Below, in pieces: positions 1-11,455 of a stretch of DNA of 64,000 bases. Both the position numbers and the translations under genes were made by a program. Each line of letters starts with the position of its first letter. The stretch's first letter is position 1. The stretch comes from Camelus dromedarius (Eukaryota): assembly GCF_036321535.1 (NCBI RefSeq), contig NC_087436.1, positions 77,440,001 to 77,504,000 of the forward strand, given 5' to 3'. The notes under the pieces were generated by a model. That model worked only from the letters and a program-made list of their open reading frames with translations. It ran no database searches and was not told the DNA's origin.

Positions 1-46
1 GTCAAATACAGAACCAAAATATAATGTGAGGAATTTGTAAAGAGAG

Positions 47-340
47 ATTCATTCAACAAATTTTATTGAACTCCTACCATGAACTAGGCACTGTTCTAGA
101 CATCTATCACTAGAGATATATTACAAGCAAAACCAGCAAAACTCTGTACCCTGTGGAGTTCATTTTCCAGTGCAATTGGACCTTCAGTGAAGAGATAATT
201 CTAGTGACTGAAAAAAGTCACTAGAAACTATGAAGGGCCTAGTCATTTAGGGATGGTAGTCTTGAAGGATGAACTAGAATTTGCTGGGTTCAAGGAGATG
301 CTGGACATCACTGGTAGAAGTTAAAGCCTTTCAAAGCACT
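47..340 (-). mobile_element. L2 LINE 3' fragment
   Basis: attcattcaacaaattttattgaactcctaccatgaactaggcactgttctag resembles the reverse complement of the L2 3' terminus. Confidence 0.6.
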
Positions 341-3300
341 GAGGGAGACAGGCGTTCCAAGGTATCTGTTCACACACAACACTGACTTCCTCTTAGATGG
401 TAATATATTAAGGAAATCTGAAACCTATTAGATGGTAGAAAATGCCAGGACATCTCTGGGGTGTATCTTGTTGATTTTTAATCATCTGAAGATGTTGGTT
501 TTTCTATTAATGATTATAAAAGTATAGACCCAATTGCATTAAGTTTGCTTTAAAAATAAAAAAAGAATTACCTTTGAATTCATTCATGAGGTGTCAAGCT
601 TGTTAGCTGAAGGATGATAAGTTTTGGATGTAAAGTTGCACCAAGCCCTCTCCTCTTAAAAGCTAATTATCTCCCTGAAATACAGTTCTCAACTTTACAG
701 ATTGATTTTTTTTTCTTTAAACATATAAAATTATTTATAACGAGGGTGATAAATAAATATGAAACACTTTACCCCTCCATTTTACCTACCGATAAAACCA
801 AAAATTTTAGAGAAAAATTATCTTTACAGTGAAACATATATATGTTGTAAATGTATATCCATCTCAAGAATCAAAATGTAGAACTATATTGTGATTTTTG
901 GAGTTAATTTAGTTTTGGTTCAAAATTGATACATATCTCTGCCAGGTGTGAAGTAATGACTAGATACTGCATTTTGCCATAACATAACATGTTTTAGGTT
1001 TGTACTCATCACAAAGAAACACCAAAGAAAAATCAGAAATTATTCAAGAGGCATTGATTTCATTTTTCAAAAAATTCAGTGACTCAAGTAGAATACATAA
1101 AATGAGTCAATTTTTAATAAAGAGGCTTTAGTAGGAAAATACACTCTTAAAATCTGATCTTTAATAAAGGTCCCTGGGTGCAACCCTAGGTCACAGCACA
1201 ATGAATTGAAAAGATGCCATTCTTTTGCTCTAACTGGTTTAAAGCAGAGCTTTCACATTAAATAAACATGACAAAGAGCATTCATTAAAAAAAAATCTGA
1301 TAGTAATTTACTATATTCCCCTGACTAGTGACATTTTTCAGCTTACATGCTAGGGCGCCTCAGTTCAATAATGATGTATCCTGGAGTTAAAATGAAACAT
1401 AACCCATTTCACTGTGTGTCATAATTAAAAGTCAAAATCGAGGGTGGGGAGTGGGAGAACCTCACTGGTTAAATTGCCCTATTTTAACAATTTGCATGCA
1501 GATGTCACAAACAGGAAAAACCAGGAAGAGAAACTGATGAGGGACTGTGAGCAATTTACACACTGTTAGTGAGGAGCAAAGAAAGCAAAGGGGAGCAATA
1601 AGCATTTTATTTCATAATATGGAACTTTTTAAAGTGTTATGCATCAATTAAATGTTTCTGTATGTAAATATTCAAAAGTTCATAGGGTTATATTTCAGTA
1701 TTTCCATCTTGATAGTGAAATACTGACATTTTGAGTCAAGCCAATTAATTTGGCTGTTAAAATTTTCTAAGATGCATATGTTTACCATTATGACAAAACC
1801 ATATTTGCTGGTTACCAATCGAAATTCTATTTGAAGAAGGAATTTGGCATTCACAGATCATAATATGTTGCTACCCTGGATGACCTCTGTGAAGGCATCT
1901 GCACGCATAACAGTGGAAGCATTAGTTTAACCTGAAACACCAAACAGTGATGTATTGTCAATCTGTATTTTAAGTTATTTTCCTACAGAATAGCACCATT
2001 TCATGAAAAAAAAATGTTGAACTTAATTTTGAATTCAGATGTATTCTCCATAATGCTCTAAAATACATTAGTTCTGACTCGCGAGGAATGTATTGAGTTT
2101 GGGGAAATACAGGTCTTTGATTTCAGTATATGTTACATGGTTAGCCCTAATGCCTTTGCATTGAGTAGGTAGTGATCCTTTTCTGTCTTTCCATAAAATA
2201 AGCATTTCAAAAGCTGCTAACCTGCCACTTCATGTGCTGCACATGTTAGACATTAACTAATATGATTTTTCAAGTATCTCTTACATGTGACACATTTAAG
2301 ACTAAATGCATGTGAGAGGTTTGATTCTGAGAGCCACAATTATAGGCTAGAGCCTGTTTCTCTCTTTTTATTTGTGGTTAAGTTTTAATGTGGTCACGGT
2401 ACATAGTCACATGATTTACAGTCCGATAGATTAGCCACTGACTTATGCTTCACATAAGCATTATAAATTCATACACATACCTTCCAGATGCAGGGAAAAT
2501 GCAGAGACATTTTCATAATGGATTATTCAGACCATTTTGAGTGGGGGAAAAACCAATCCAAAGCAAAAACAGCTTTTACATATGGCATCCATAGCTGTAA
2601 CACTCACTATTTTGCAGAAAATGCTCAGATGAAGCAAAAATGTCCTGACAAAGACCAAAAAAAAAAAAAAAAAATTCAACCCAACAAACTATATATAGTT
2701 ATAGCTCCAACTGTCAAATTTAGAGTAAACCTTTTGCCTCTAACCACATTTGCTGCAAAATTCTTCTGGCTAATTGCAGGCTACTCCTGCTTTGCATGGA
2801 GACATCTATACTGTGGCACACCCTGTAATTATATGAGAACGGATCACTCATGATTTTGTTGATAGTGTATTATAGTTAAATTCTTTGGGTGGGAACAGGA
2901 AGATTGCATTGTTTTGATCTAGGTGCAACTTTTAAGGAAGTAAAATTGTCCATAGAATAAACCATGCAAGCATTCTATGATAATGTTTCATACTTTTTCT
3001 TAACTGCATAGAGAGACTCTTGAAATTCTATGAAAGAGAAAGAGAGAGGGGGAAAGAGGGATCTCTACAGAGCCAGGATTATTCCCTCCAGTGTATGTTT
3101 GAAATGAGTCATAATTACCACTGCCTTAGTTCAGGCCCTTATCAATTTTTGACTGTTGACTGCAAAAGCGTCTGAGTGCAAATGTCTCCTAACAGATGGC
3201 ATCAATATTTCCATTCTTCAGTCTCTGCTGGACGTTAACCATTGGCACAATCTTCCCATTTCCCTGTTTCTGTCATGTTATGCACCCTCTCATGAACTTT

Positions 3301-3445
3301 GGTGACTCCATTCCTTACAGAACAGAAACCAGATTCCCTTACCTGGTTGACATGAACTTCCACAGCTGTCCCCAAACTCCTAGCTTGTAGTCCTTCCTAC
3401 AGGGCTACATCAATATCGTGTTTGGAAATACCCATTTGGAAATAC

Positions 3446-3682
3446 TGAATTCAGACTGTCTGGGTTTGAGGTCCAGTCACATTACTTACTAGCCACATGA
3501 CTGGGAGCCAGTGGTATAACAACTCAGGGGCTCAGTATCTTCATCTACAAAGTGGCTCTAATAATTTTACCTGCATTTAAGGGTCTTGCTGAAACTTCAA
3601 CATCTTAATAAACTAGTAAAACACTAGAACACAGTGCCTGGCACATAGTAAGCACTCACAAATTGAGAGCTATTTTATTGTT
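3446..3682 (+). mobile_element. MIR SINE
   Basis: cagactgtctgggtttgaggtccag...ctcagtatcttcatctacaaagtgg...cagtgcctggcacatagtaagcactca: MIR head, core and tail. Confidence 0.8.
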
Positions 3683-3891
3683 GTTGTTTATTGGAGGAAA
3701 CACACCGGGTATCCTCTGGTTGAATCTTTCCTCCAGAAGAGTATTATCTGGCAAGCCATGATAATAACTGTTTTTTGAATTTGCATATTTTTAAGACTGA
3801 TCTTGATGTCTGATAACTTACTTGTCACTTACCCTGTCCTTGAAGGAATTTTATCAAAGTCCTCTACCTCTGTGAGCACTCCCTAGCCACC

Positions 3892-4338
3892 TGCAGTGGG
3901 TTGAATAATGTCCCCTCAAAATTCATGTTCATCCCGAACCTCAGAATATGACCTTATTTGGAAACAGTAGCTTTGAAGATGTAATCTTTTGAGAATCTTA
4001 AGATAAGATCATCTTAGATTTATAGTTAACCCTAAATCTGTTGTGTGGTGTCCTCCTAAGGAGAGAGGGCACAGAAAGACACCAAGAAGAGGGCCATGTG
4101 AAGACAGGGAAAGATCAGAGGGATGCATCTGCGAGCCAAGGAACACCAAGGGTCACTGCAATACCAGAAGCTAGGAGGGAAGCACGGGATGCTTTCTCAC
4201 TTAGAGCCCCCAGGAGGAGCCAACCCTGCCCACACCTTGATTTTTGGACTTCTAGCCTCCAGAACTGTGATCAATTCCTGTTGCTTTGAGCCATCAGTTT
4301 GTGGTAATTTGTTATGACAGCCTCAGGAATCGAATGTG
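3892..4338 (+). mobile_element. MaLR solo LTR, MLT1C-like
   Basis: Begins tgcagtgggttgaataatgtcccctcaaaattcatg...gaacctcagaatatgaccttatttggaaa and ends ...ggacttctagcctccagaactgtga...tttgtggtaatttgttatgacagcc; near full length. Confidence 0.85.
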
Positions 4339-5074
4339 TAAGCATCATTCTATCCATCTTTCAAATCTCAGTTCTGTTCCCACCTATGCAGTGAAACCTT
4401 TGCTGACTCCATCACTCCAGCCTGACACAAATGCTCTCTGTTCTGAACCTTCACTGAACCCACTTACTTGGTTCCTGTCTTGTCTTCCCTTCTTACCTTT
4501 GCACATGTGTATGTCTTGGTTCCACAGAAGGGCTATAAACTTCATAAGGTTGAAACCTGATCCCTGCACATTTTTATATCCCTTATAGCCATTTTAATAC
4601 CGTAGGCTATAATAAATGTTAATTGATTGAATTAAATCACCTCTGAACATTATGAATAATATGGTTCTCTACATTTATTGAAAAAGCTGCCATAAAAACA
4701 ATTCACTTAAATTGCAATCATATTTTACCAAGATATTTTAGTATACAAATAATACATTTAAAATATACAAAATGTATATTTAAATACCTTTGCAGTGATA
4801 TCATGTCATGTTGAGAACCAGAAGCATATGATCCAATATCAATTGTAAACATATGATATATTCCCAAAACAAACACAAGTTCTATATGTAATACATGGCC
4901 ATGATAGTGTAGCTATTCCTTAACACATGACTTAATTGTATACATTGTGATCAGCTATGATAATATTTTTTTCTCATGTAAATTCATTAGATGAAAAAGT
5001 TTGCATGCTTGAGAGCATGTAACCCAAATTTGCCATTTAAGTTAATATGGCAGTTGTATTGGTGACTGTTTCAC

Positions 5075-5270
5075 TGAGCTGTTAATAATTAGTGCTTCAA
5101 GGACCACAACTAAGACCATGGGTTTGATCTCCTTATGGCCTGGTTAGTTTTGCAGCTCAGACTGTCCCCTTTGCCACAGCTGGCTAAACTCACAAATTTG
5201 TGGTCACTAAGAGAAGTGACCTACCAACACTGGGTCAGTTGTGTCCACTTGTATTCAAAGGGCAGTGAGT
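5075..5270 (+). mobile_element. ancient tRNA-head SINE, MamSINE1-like
   Basis: ctaagaccatgggtttgatctccttatggcctggttagttttgcag...cagactgtcccct...ctcacaaatttgtggtcac resembles the MamSINE1 B-box region and body as remembered. Confidence 0.5.
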
Positions 5271-8200
5271 TGAGAAGCTGCATTACTAGAGAGCTGGTTG
5301 TAAAGAACTTCAAAGATTGAAGATAAGGCATCTGGTACTTCAGACTTGAGAGGTTAATCTTGGTGTAAACCAAAGGCCCGGAGCCAGACATGGATTAAAA
5401 GGGAGAGCAGATACAAAGCAGAACGAAACATAGTGGCCGAAATTTGGAAAGAATCAGGGAATTAAAAAAATCTAGACTAAGGCAGGATTATGGGAGGTGA
5501 TAAATACATTAAAGTGCAATATATGAAGTAGCTGAAAAACAGAAAGGTTATGTGAGAGGGGATTGCAGTAGCAGCCATGTAGTTTCAACATGGGGAGATG
5601 AAGGCTCTTTTTAATAAGCCAGTAATGTAGTCATACACCTTCCAAAATTCCAAAAATGAAGTTTGTAAAAAAGGTGGCTAGTATGTGTCTGTCATCTGTA
5701 CCCAGTGAGATGAGTGGACCAACGAGTCACAGCTGGAAGGAACTGCTTTATGATTGCTTTGATTTTTTTTCTTTTTGCCTCAACATGTATTGATCACCTA
5801 TTATGTGTCATAAGCTTCTCTGCACACGGTCCCTGCCTCCCACAAAATTGCAGAGGTGGGTGGATGTGCTGACACTATTCAAGTACAGGTGACAAATGTC
5901 TTGACAGAAATTTGTGTGTGGAGGGGTTACATATTACACAAGAGAGTCCTCTTCCTTGTCTTAAATTGAGCAAGGAAACCTTCCCAGATGACAAACTGAA
6001 GAAGGAGGCTGTAAAAAGTGGTGGAAACACTAAAATCTATCACGAAAAGTAGCTTGCATTTATTCTGTTTATTTAGTTAGTAAGTATTTGTTGAACCACC
6101 TGCTATTTTCAAGGTACTACGTAGGGCTTGAAAAACCTTTAGAGCCGTACAGTCTAATCTCGACCTTGCAGTCCAGTGCAGACAGCCAACATGGTCAAAA
6201 GAACAGGAATAGTTGTTATACTGTTTTCAAACTGATACAAACTTTCACTGAGGGAAAACAGAACATTAGTATTAAAAATGGAATAGCTACAAAGGAAATA
6301 CTTTGGTTAATCATAATTTACATAAATAATTTTCAGGCCACTTTATCCTAAAGACTGGCTACAATACGGTTGAGACCTCTGTATTATTATAATGTATGTT
6401 GGTTTCATGTTTTACATTTGGGTCTAACAATATCATTATTTTATTTATTTATAGGCATACTCACTGAAGTCTTCAGGCATTTCTTTAAGAAATTATTGAC
6501 ATGTTCACATGAAGTGTTATTTTTGATCACACTATTCTATTAATCAACTTTCAGAAAAGTTAAAGTAGAGGAGAAAACTGTGTTGCTTTAAAAGTTTAAA
6601 TAACTGACTAGTTTGTAAGACTAATGTGAAAAGCTACCATCACACATTAAATTATAGTATCCAGAAAACATATAAATGTTTATTCTGCCTATATGCACAA
6701 ATGTTGATATGCATGTAAATACTTAATTAAAGTACACCTATTAACACAGAGGAAAAGGTTTACATCATCAAAGTTTAGATTGTCATTAAATAGATGAAAA
6801 AAATTATCTTGAGTTTTTGGCATAATAAATTGAGATGCAGTTTTCTATCACTCAACATCTAGATTTATGAAAGGCAGGTTTCCATGAGCAAAGGAATTTT
6901 CCGTTGTTTAGAAGTTTATTCTTAAAACTATAGTAAATTCTTCATTTTTGTGAAAATTAAGAATAATTGTATATAGGATAGCAAGCAATGGGGCAAAGTA
7001 GTTCTGTGTGTTTCAGAAAGGACATCTTCTGTTTCTTCTAATATACTTATTGGAAGTAGGTATCTTTTCTAAATAACAACCTTCTGGGCTTGTGAATAAA
7101 ACCTATGGCTCATCCACTATATCTGTACCAAATGAGACAGAACTTACATGAATCAGGACTTCGATTTAATTCACATAGAATTCAGAAGTTTAGTAAACTA
7201 GAGTTCATTGAAACATCTATTGGGGGAGGAGCTTCTGTGGAGTAGCCATAGCGAGTGTCATAAGACTTATGAGTAAAGCAAATAAAAATAATATTGTCAA
7301 ATCATTGTCAGAAATACTAGCATAGATTTGAAGCCAAACCCAATGCAGCCAAAAATTTGGTATAATTTCTTACCCAGGGGAAAAAAAAGCAAATTTGAAG
7401 GAGTATTTGCAAAGTCCTTAGCTTATTGTAAAATCAGTTTGATCAGTTTGTCTGAATGTATGATTATTGCTGAGTAAAGATAGACTGCATTTGATCTTGT
7501 TTCTTTTCTCTTTTCTAACTAATTATGTTAAAGTCAGTGCACCTTATTCTACATATTTCAGTCTGCTGCGACTGCTTATACGTGAGCTGCCTTTCAAAAG
7601 TACTGGAAAGTTTAACTTAGCATAATTCTTTTTCTTTTTCTGTCTTCTGTCACTGCTCTGTCCCAGAACTCTAAGAAGCAAACCTCTACTACTCAAAGCT
7701 TTGTAAAGTGTGTTTGAACAAGTTGAATTCAATTACACTTCACCATTTCTCTTAAACAAGGGAGCTAATGATGTCCTTTCCTTTTAAAATGTTGTTGAGA
7801 CATCTACACATGTTCCTCAGCAACCCCCCAAACTTGTTAAAAGCACGTGCCTATTTCATGCTCTGAAAGTGGACTTGGTGTTGGCATTTGGTATCAAACC
7901 CAGATGGACATGAGCGACATCATGTCATTAGTAAACCCATACAGAGGCATTTTTTTCATGTTTATAGTGGATTTTGAAGGCCTTTAGATAGTTTCAATGA
8001 AAGGAGAATGCTTGAGCTGAAACACACATTCCAAAGAAAAATAAGTAAGAAATCAACTCTCCAGTGAGTTTTGTGTTCCTATGATTTTTTTCCTAAGATT
8101 CTTTGTAATTTGGGAGTAATTTTTAATGTCCCCAACTAGGTTAACCTCTATATATGTGGTTAATTAAAATACTTCCTGGGAATTTTTAGCAAAATTTGTT

Positions 8201-8521
8201 ATTTTTACTTGCTTTCAGCTATTAATTTCAAATGAAATTTTTAAAAAATCTTCTTTTGCTTTCTCAAAAAATTAAACAGTTTGGCTGAGAGCAACTCCTA
8301 GGTGAATATTGACACTAGAAAAATAAGCAGGGCAAAGCCTGAAGTAACCTCTTATCTCCATAAGGACCGTCAAAGGAGAAAAAAAAAAGTTAAGGAACAA
8401 GATTTGCTGATAGAATAAGTTCTGCATTGAAAAGTGTGATCCAGATATCAGGACAGTGCCCCAAGACATGTGACGTCTAGAAGACATGACACCCATTCAT
8501 CTCAAATAGGTAATATCCTGT

Positions 8522-8543
8522 ACACACACACACACACACACAC
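8522..8543. repeat. (AC)n microsatellite
   Basis: About 11 AC units seen directly. Confidence 0.95.
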
Positions 8544-8856
8544 CCTCAGTCAGAAGAAGTAGGCCAATGCGATCAGCACGTACATTGCCCAAAGGCAAAC
8601 TGGAATTATCAAGTACAAATATGAACAAACAAACCAAACTTGCTAAACATTTGATGAAAACCAAAAGCCAAAGAGAAGTGCCAAGCTCAACAGAAGAATT
8701 AGCAACCAAAAAAGAGTTAATAGTGAAAACAGAGGAAAACTTTAAAACTGGCATTTAGTGTACTTAGAGTTGAGAAGATATTGCACCTACACAATATAGT
8801 TGTTACTAAGAAAGAAAGAAATAATAAAGAATAGATTTGTAAAATTAAAAATACAA

Positions 8857-9493
8857 TGTAGCAAATGCCTCAGATTTCCTCTCTCAACTCTCGCAGCTCC
8901 TTTGTAGCTTACCCTATTGCACACTAGAGACTGGGAAGTCTGTCTTTCTCAAACACCTTTCCCTCTTGGCATCTGTGTGGGACCTAGCTTGCTTCTTAGG
9001 AGAACGCTGTGTGTGAGGTTTGGGAGGCAGAAATGAACATGCCGAGGTGGAGACCACACTTGAACTGCTTCTGTTGTGTCTGCAGGCAAGTACAATCAGG
9101 GAGGCATTTGGCTTTTCTGAGGCAGCTCTAGCCAAGTTCCAAGTGTCTGTCCTCTGGCTTCAGAGGCATTTAGAAGCAGCATGTGACATCTGTTTACTGG
9201 TACATGTCAGAACTGAGACAGGATGGTCTATAGCCAGCAGGATGTAATGTCATGGCACCCTATCACTGGACCGGGGCTGAGGCCCTTAGACCGGGAGCCA
9301 GCCATCGTTGTAGTAGCGGAAGTAGCAGCCCTCAGCCTGGCCAAGCCTGTCATGTTCTGGGAGTTGTTCCAGGACTTCCCAATTACAGAATGCTCCTCCT
9401 GACCTGCAGATGATTTTGTAAACATCTAACTTAATTTATTAAAACTTTCCTATCTAATCTAACCAGACGGCAACTGGAACCCTGAGTGATATA
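8857..9493 (+). mobile_element. ERVL solo LTR (LTR33/LTR41-like)
   Basis: Starts tgtagc and is GC-richer than its flanks; the 3' end gatgattttgtaaacatctaac...attaaaactttcct...caactggaaccctgagtgatata matches the LTR33/41-type terminus. Confidence 0.6.
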
Positions 9494-9614
9494 TGTGATC
9501 ATCTAAATAAGACAGTTTCGTGTATATGGGTTAAAGCACCACATAGATGTATTTTGAAGATTGAATTAATGAGCTGAAAGATCAAACTAAAGTAATCTCT
9601 AAAATGTAACACAA

Positions 9615-9750
9615 GAGGAGAGGGTATAGCTCAAGTGGTAGAGGGCATACTTAGCATGCACAGGGTCCTGGGTTCAATCCCCAGTACCTCCTCGAAAAAT
9701 AAATAAGTAAAGCTTATTACCTCTCCCCACCCCTCAAAAAAATAATAGGA
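9615..9750 (+). mobile_element. camelid tRNA-derived SINE (Vic-1-like) with 15-bp TSD
   Basis: gggtatagctcaagtggtagag (A box)...gtcctgggttcaatccccagtacctcc (B box), then an A-rich tail; perfect TSD taaaatgtaacacaa at 9600-9614 and 9751-9765. Confidence 0.9.
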
Positions 9751-10440
9751 TAAAATGTAACACAAAAAGACCTGGATATGGTAGGAAAAGCCAAAGTGCA
9801 AAAGATAAATTTATGAATTCCACCATTTGTCTAATAGAAGTTCTAGAAGGATAGGACAGAGAAAATGCAGAGGGAGAAATAAACAAAGAAATAAAAGAAA
9901 AGAAATTCCCAATATTGAAAATAATTTTGAGTCAGGTCTCATAAGTCGTTAACTACAGACTTTTTCTATTCTAATTGTTTATAATAATTATATAGGAAAG
10001 TTGAAATAATAAAAGGAATAAACACAAGAAAGAGGACGACATAGAACTAAATAAACGGTGATACTGAATAATGAGGCATTAGTTTAAAAATTAATAAGAT
10101 GTCAGGAAAAATAAGGTAGCAAACATTGCTAATCACAATAAGTTTTTTTATTTTAATTTTTATTATGTAGAATTATTACAGTTCGATTGCACATATACAT
10201 TATATTGCATGTAAATAATATATACAATATACTGCACTTTTTTAGTTTTCATATATGTACTAATTATTATTTCTAAGAACAGATTATATCTTTAGCTTTT
10301 TTAACTTACATAGTTATCAAAGGAATAAAGCTAATCATAAAATAAGAATCAACAGAATGTGGTAATCCAATCATAAAGGACAGTCAAATGTGCTTACACG
10401 TATTCAAAAAAGCAAAATAGTAATTAGTTCATTTGTGTCC

Positions 10441-11455
10441 TTATTATTATTGTTATTATTTTTTATATTCTTCATATAAATGATGTCATTCTTCTTTCTC
10501 TTTCCAGCCCACTTCACTTAGAATGACAATCTTCAGGTCCATCCATATTGCTGTAAATGGCATTATTTTATTCTTTTTCATGGCTGAGTACTGTTCCATT
10601 GTAAAAATGTACCACATCTTCTTTATCCAGTCATCTGTTGATGGACATTTGGGTTGTTTCCACGTCGTGGCTATCATAAACAGTGCTGCTATGAATACTG
10701 GGGTGCATGTGTCTTTCTGAATTTTATTTTTCTCTGGATATATGCTCAGGAGTGGGACTGCTAGATCACGTGGTAAGTCTGTTTTCAGTCTTTTAAGGAA
10801 CTTCCATACTGTCCTCCATAGTGGCTGCAACAATCTACACTCCCACCAACAGTGTAGGAGATTTCTCTTTTCTTCACGCCCTCTCCAGCATCTATCATTT
10901 GTAGACTTTTCAATGATGGCCATTCTGGCTGGTGTGAAGTGGTATCTCATTGTAGTTTTGATCTGCATTTCTCTGACAATTAGTGATGCTGAGCATTTTT
11001 TAAAGTGCCTATTGGCCATTTGTATGTCTTCATTGGAGAACTGCTTGTTTAGGTCTTCTGTCCATTTTTGGATTGGGTTGCTTGCTTCTTTGATATTAAG
11101 ATGTGTGAGCTGTTTGTGTATTTTGGCAATTAGTCCCTTGTCAGGTACATCATTTGCAAATATTTTCTCCCAATCTGTAGGTTGACTTTTCATTTTGTTG
11201 ATGGTATCCTTAGCTGTGCAAAAGCTTTTAAGTTTAATTAGATCCCATTTGTTTATTTTTGCTTTTATTTCCAATACTCTGGAAGCTGGTTCAAAAAATA
11301 CATTGCTGTAATGTATGTCCGTGAGTGTTCTGCCTATGTTTTCCTCTAGGAGTTTTATAGTATCTCGTCTTACATTTAAGTCTTTTATCCATTTTGAGTT
11401 TATTTTTGTACATGGTGTTAGGGAATGTTCTCATTTCAGTCTTTTGCATGTAGCA
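10441..11455 (-). mobile_element. L1 LINE 3' ORF2 fragment (5'-truncated)
   Basis: ORF 10486-11274(-) encodes the L1 ORF2 C-terminus ([14 protein letters not shown]...HCWWEC...TWKQPKCPS...WIKKMWYI). Confidence 0.95.

Larger units (their letters stand above)
8590..9930 (+). mobile_element. ancient L1/HAL1 ORF1-region fragment, interrupted by an LTR and a SINE
   Basis: A-rich ORF1-like sequence (gaattaatgagctgaaagatcaa...tgtctaatagaagttctagaagg...gagaaataaacaaagaaataaaagaaaagaaattccca) on both sides of the inserts. Confidence 0.5.

Noticed and set aside
7543..7590. Minus-strand 48-nt exon (QLTYKQSQQTEICRI) that would be in frame with the 16337 donor
   Set aside because: The donor gtgcac is weak and the acceptor lacks a good pyrimidine tract.
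9620..9692. tRNA gene
   Set aside because: The tRNA-like head is followed by a SINE body, A-tail and TSD, so it is a SINE.
10486..11274. 262-aa ORF (the longest in the track) as a host gene
   Set aside because: It is the L1 ORF2 C-terminus of a truncated, non-autonomous copy. The same applies to the ORFs at 18817, 19871, 25104, 26359, 38945 and 39315.
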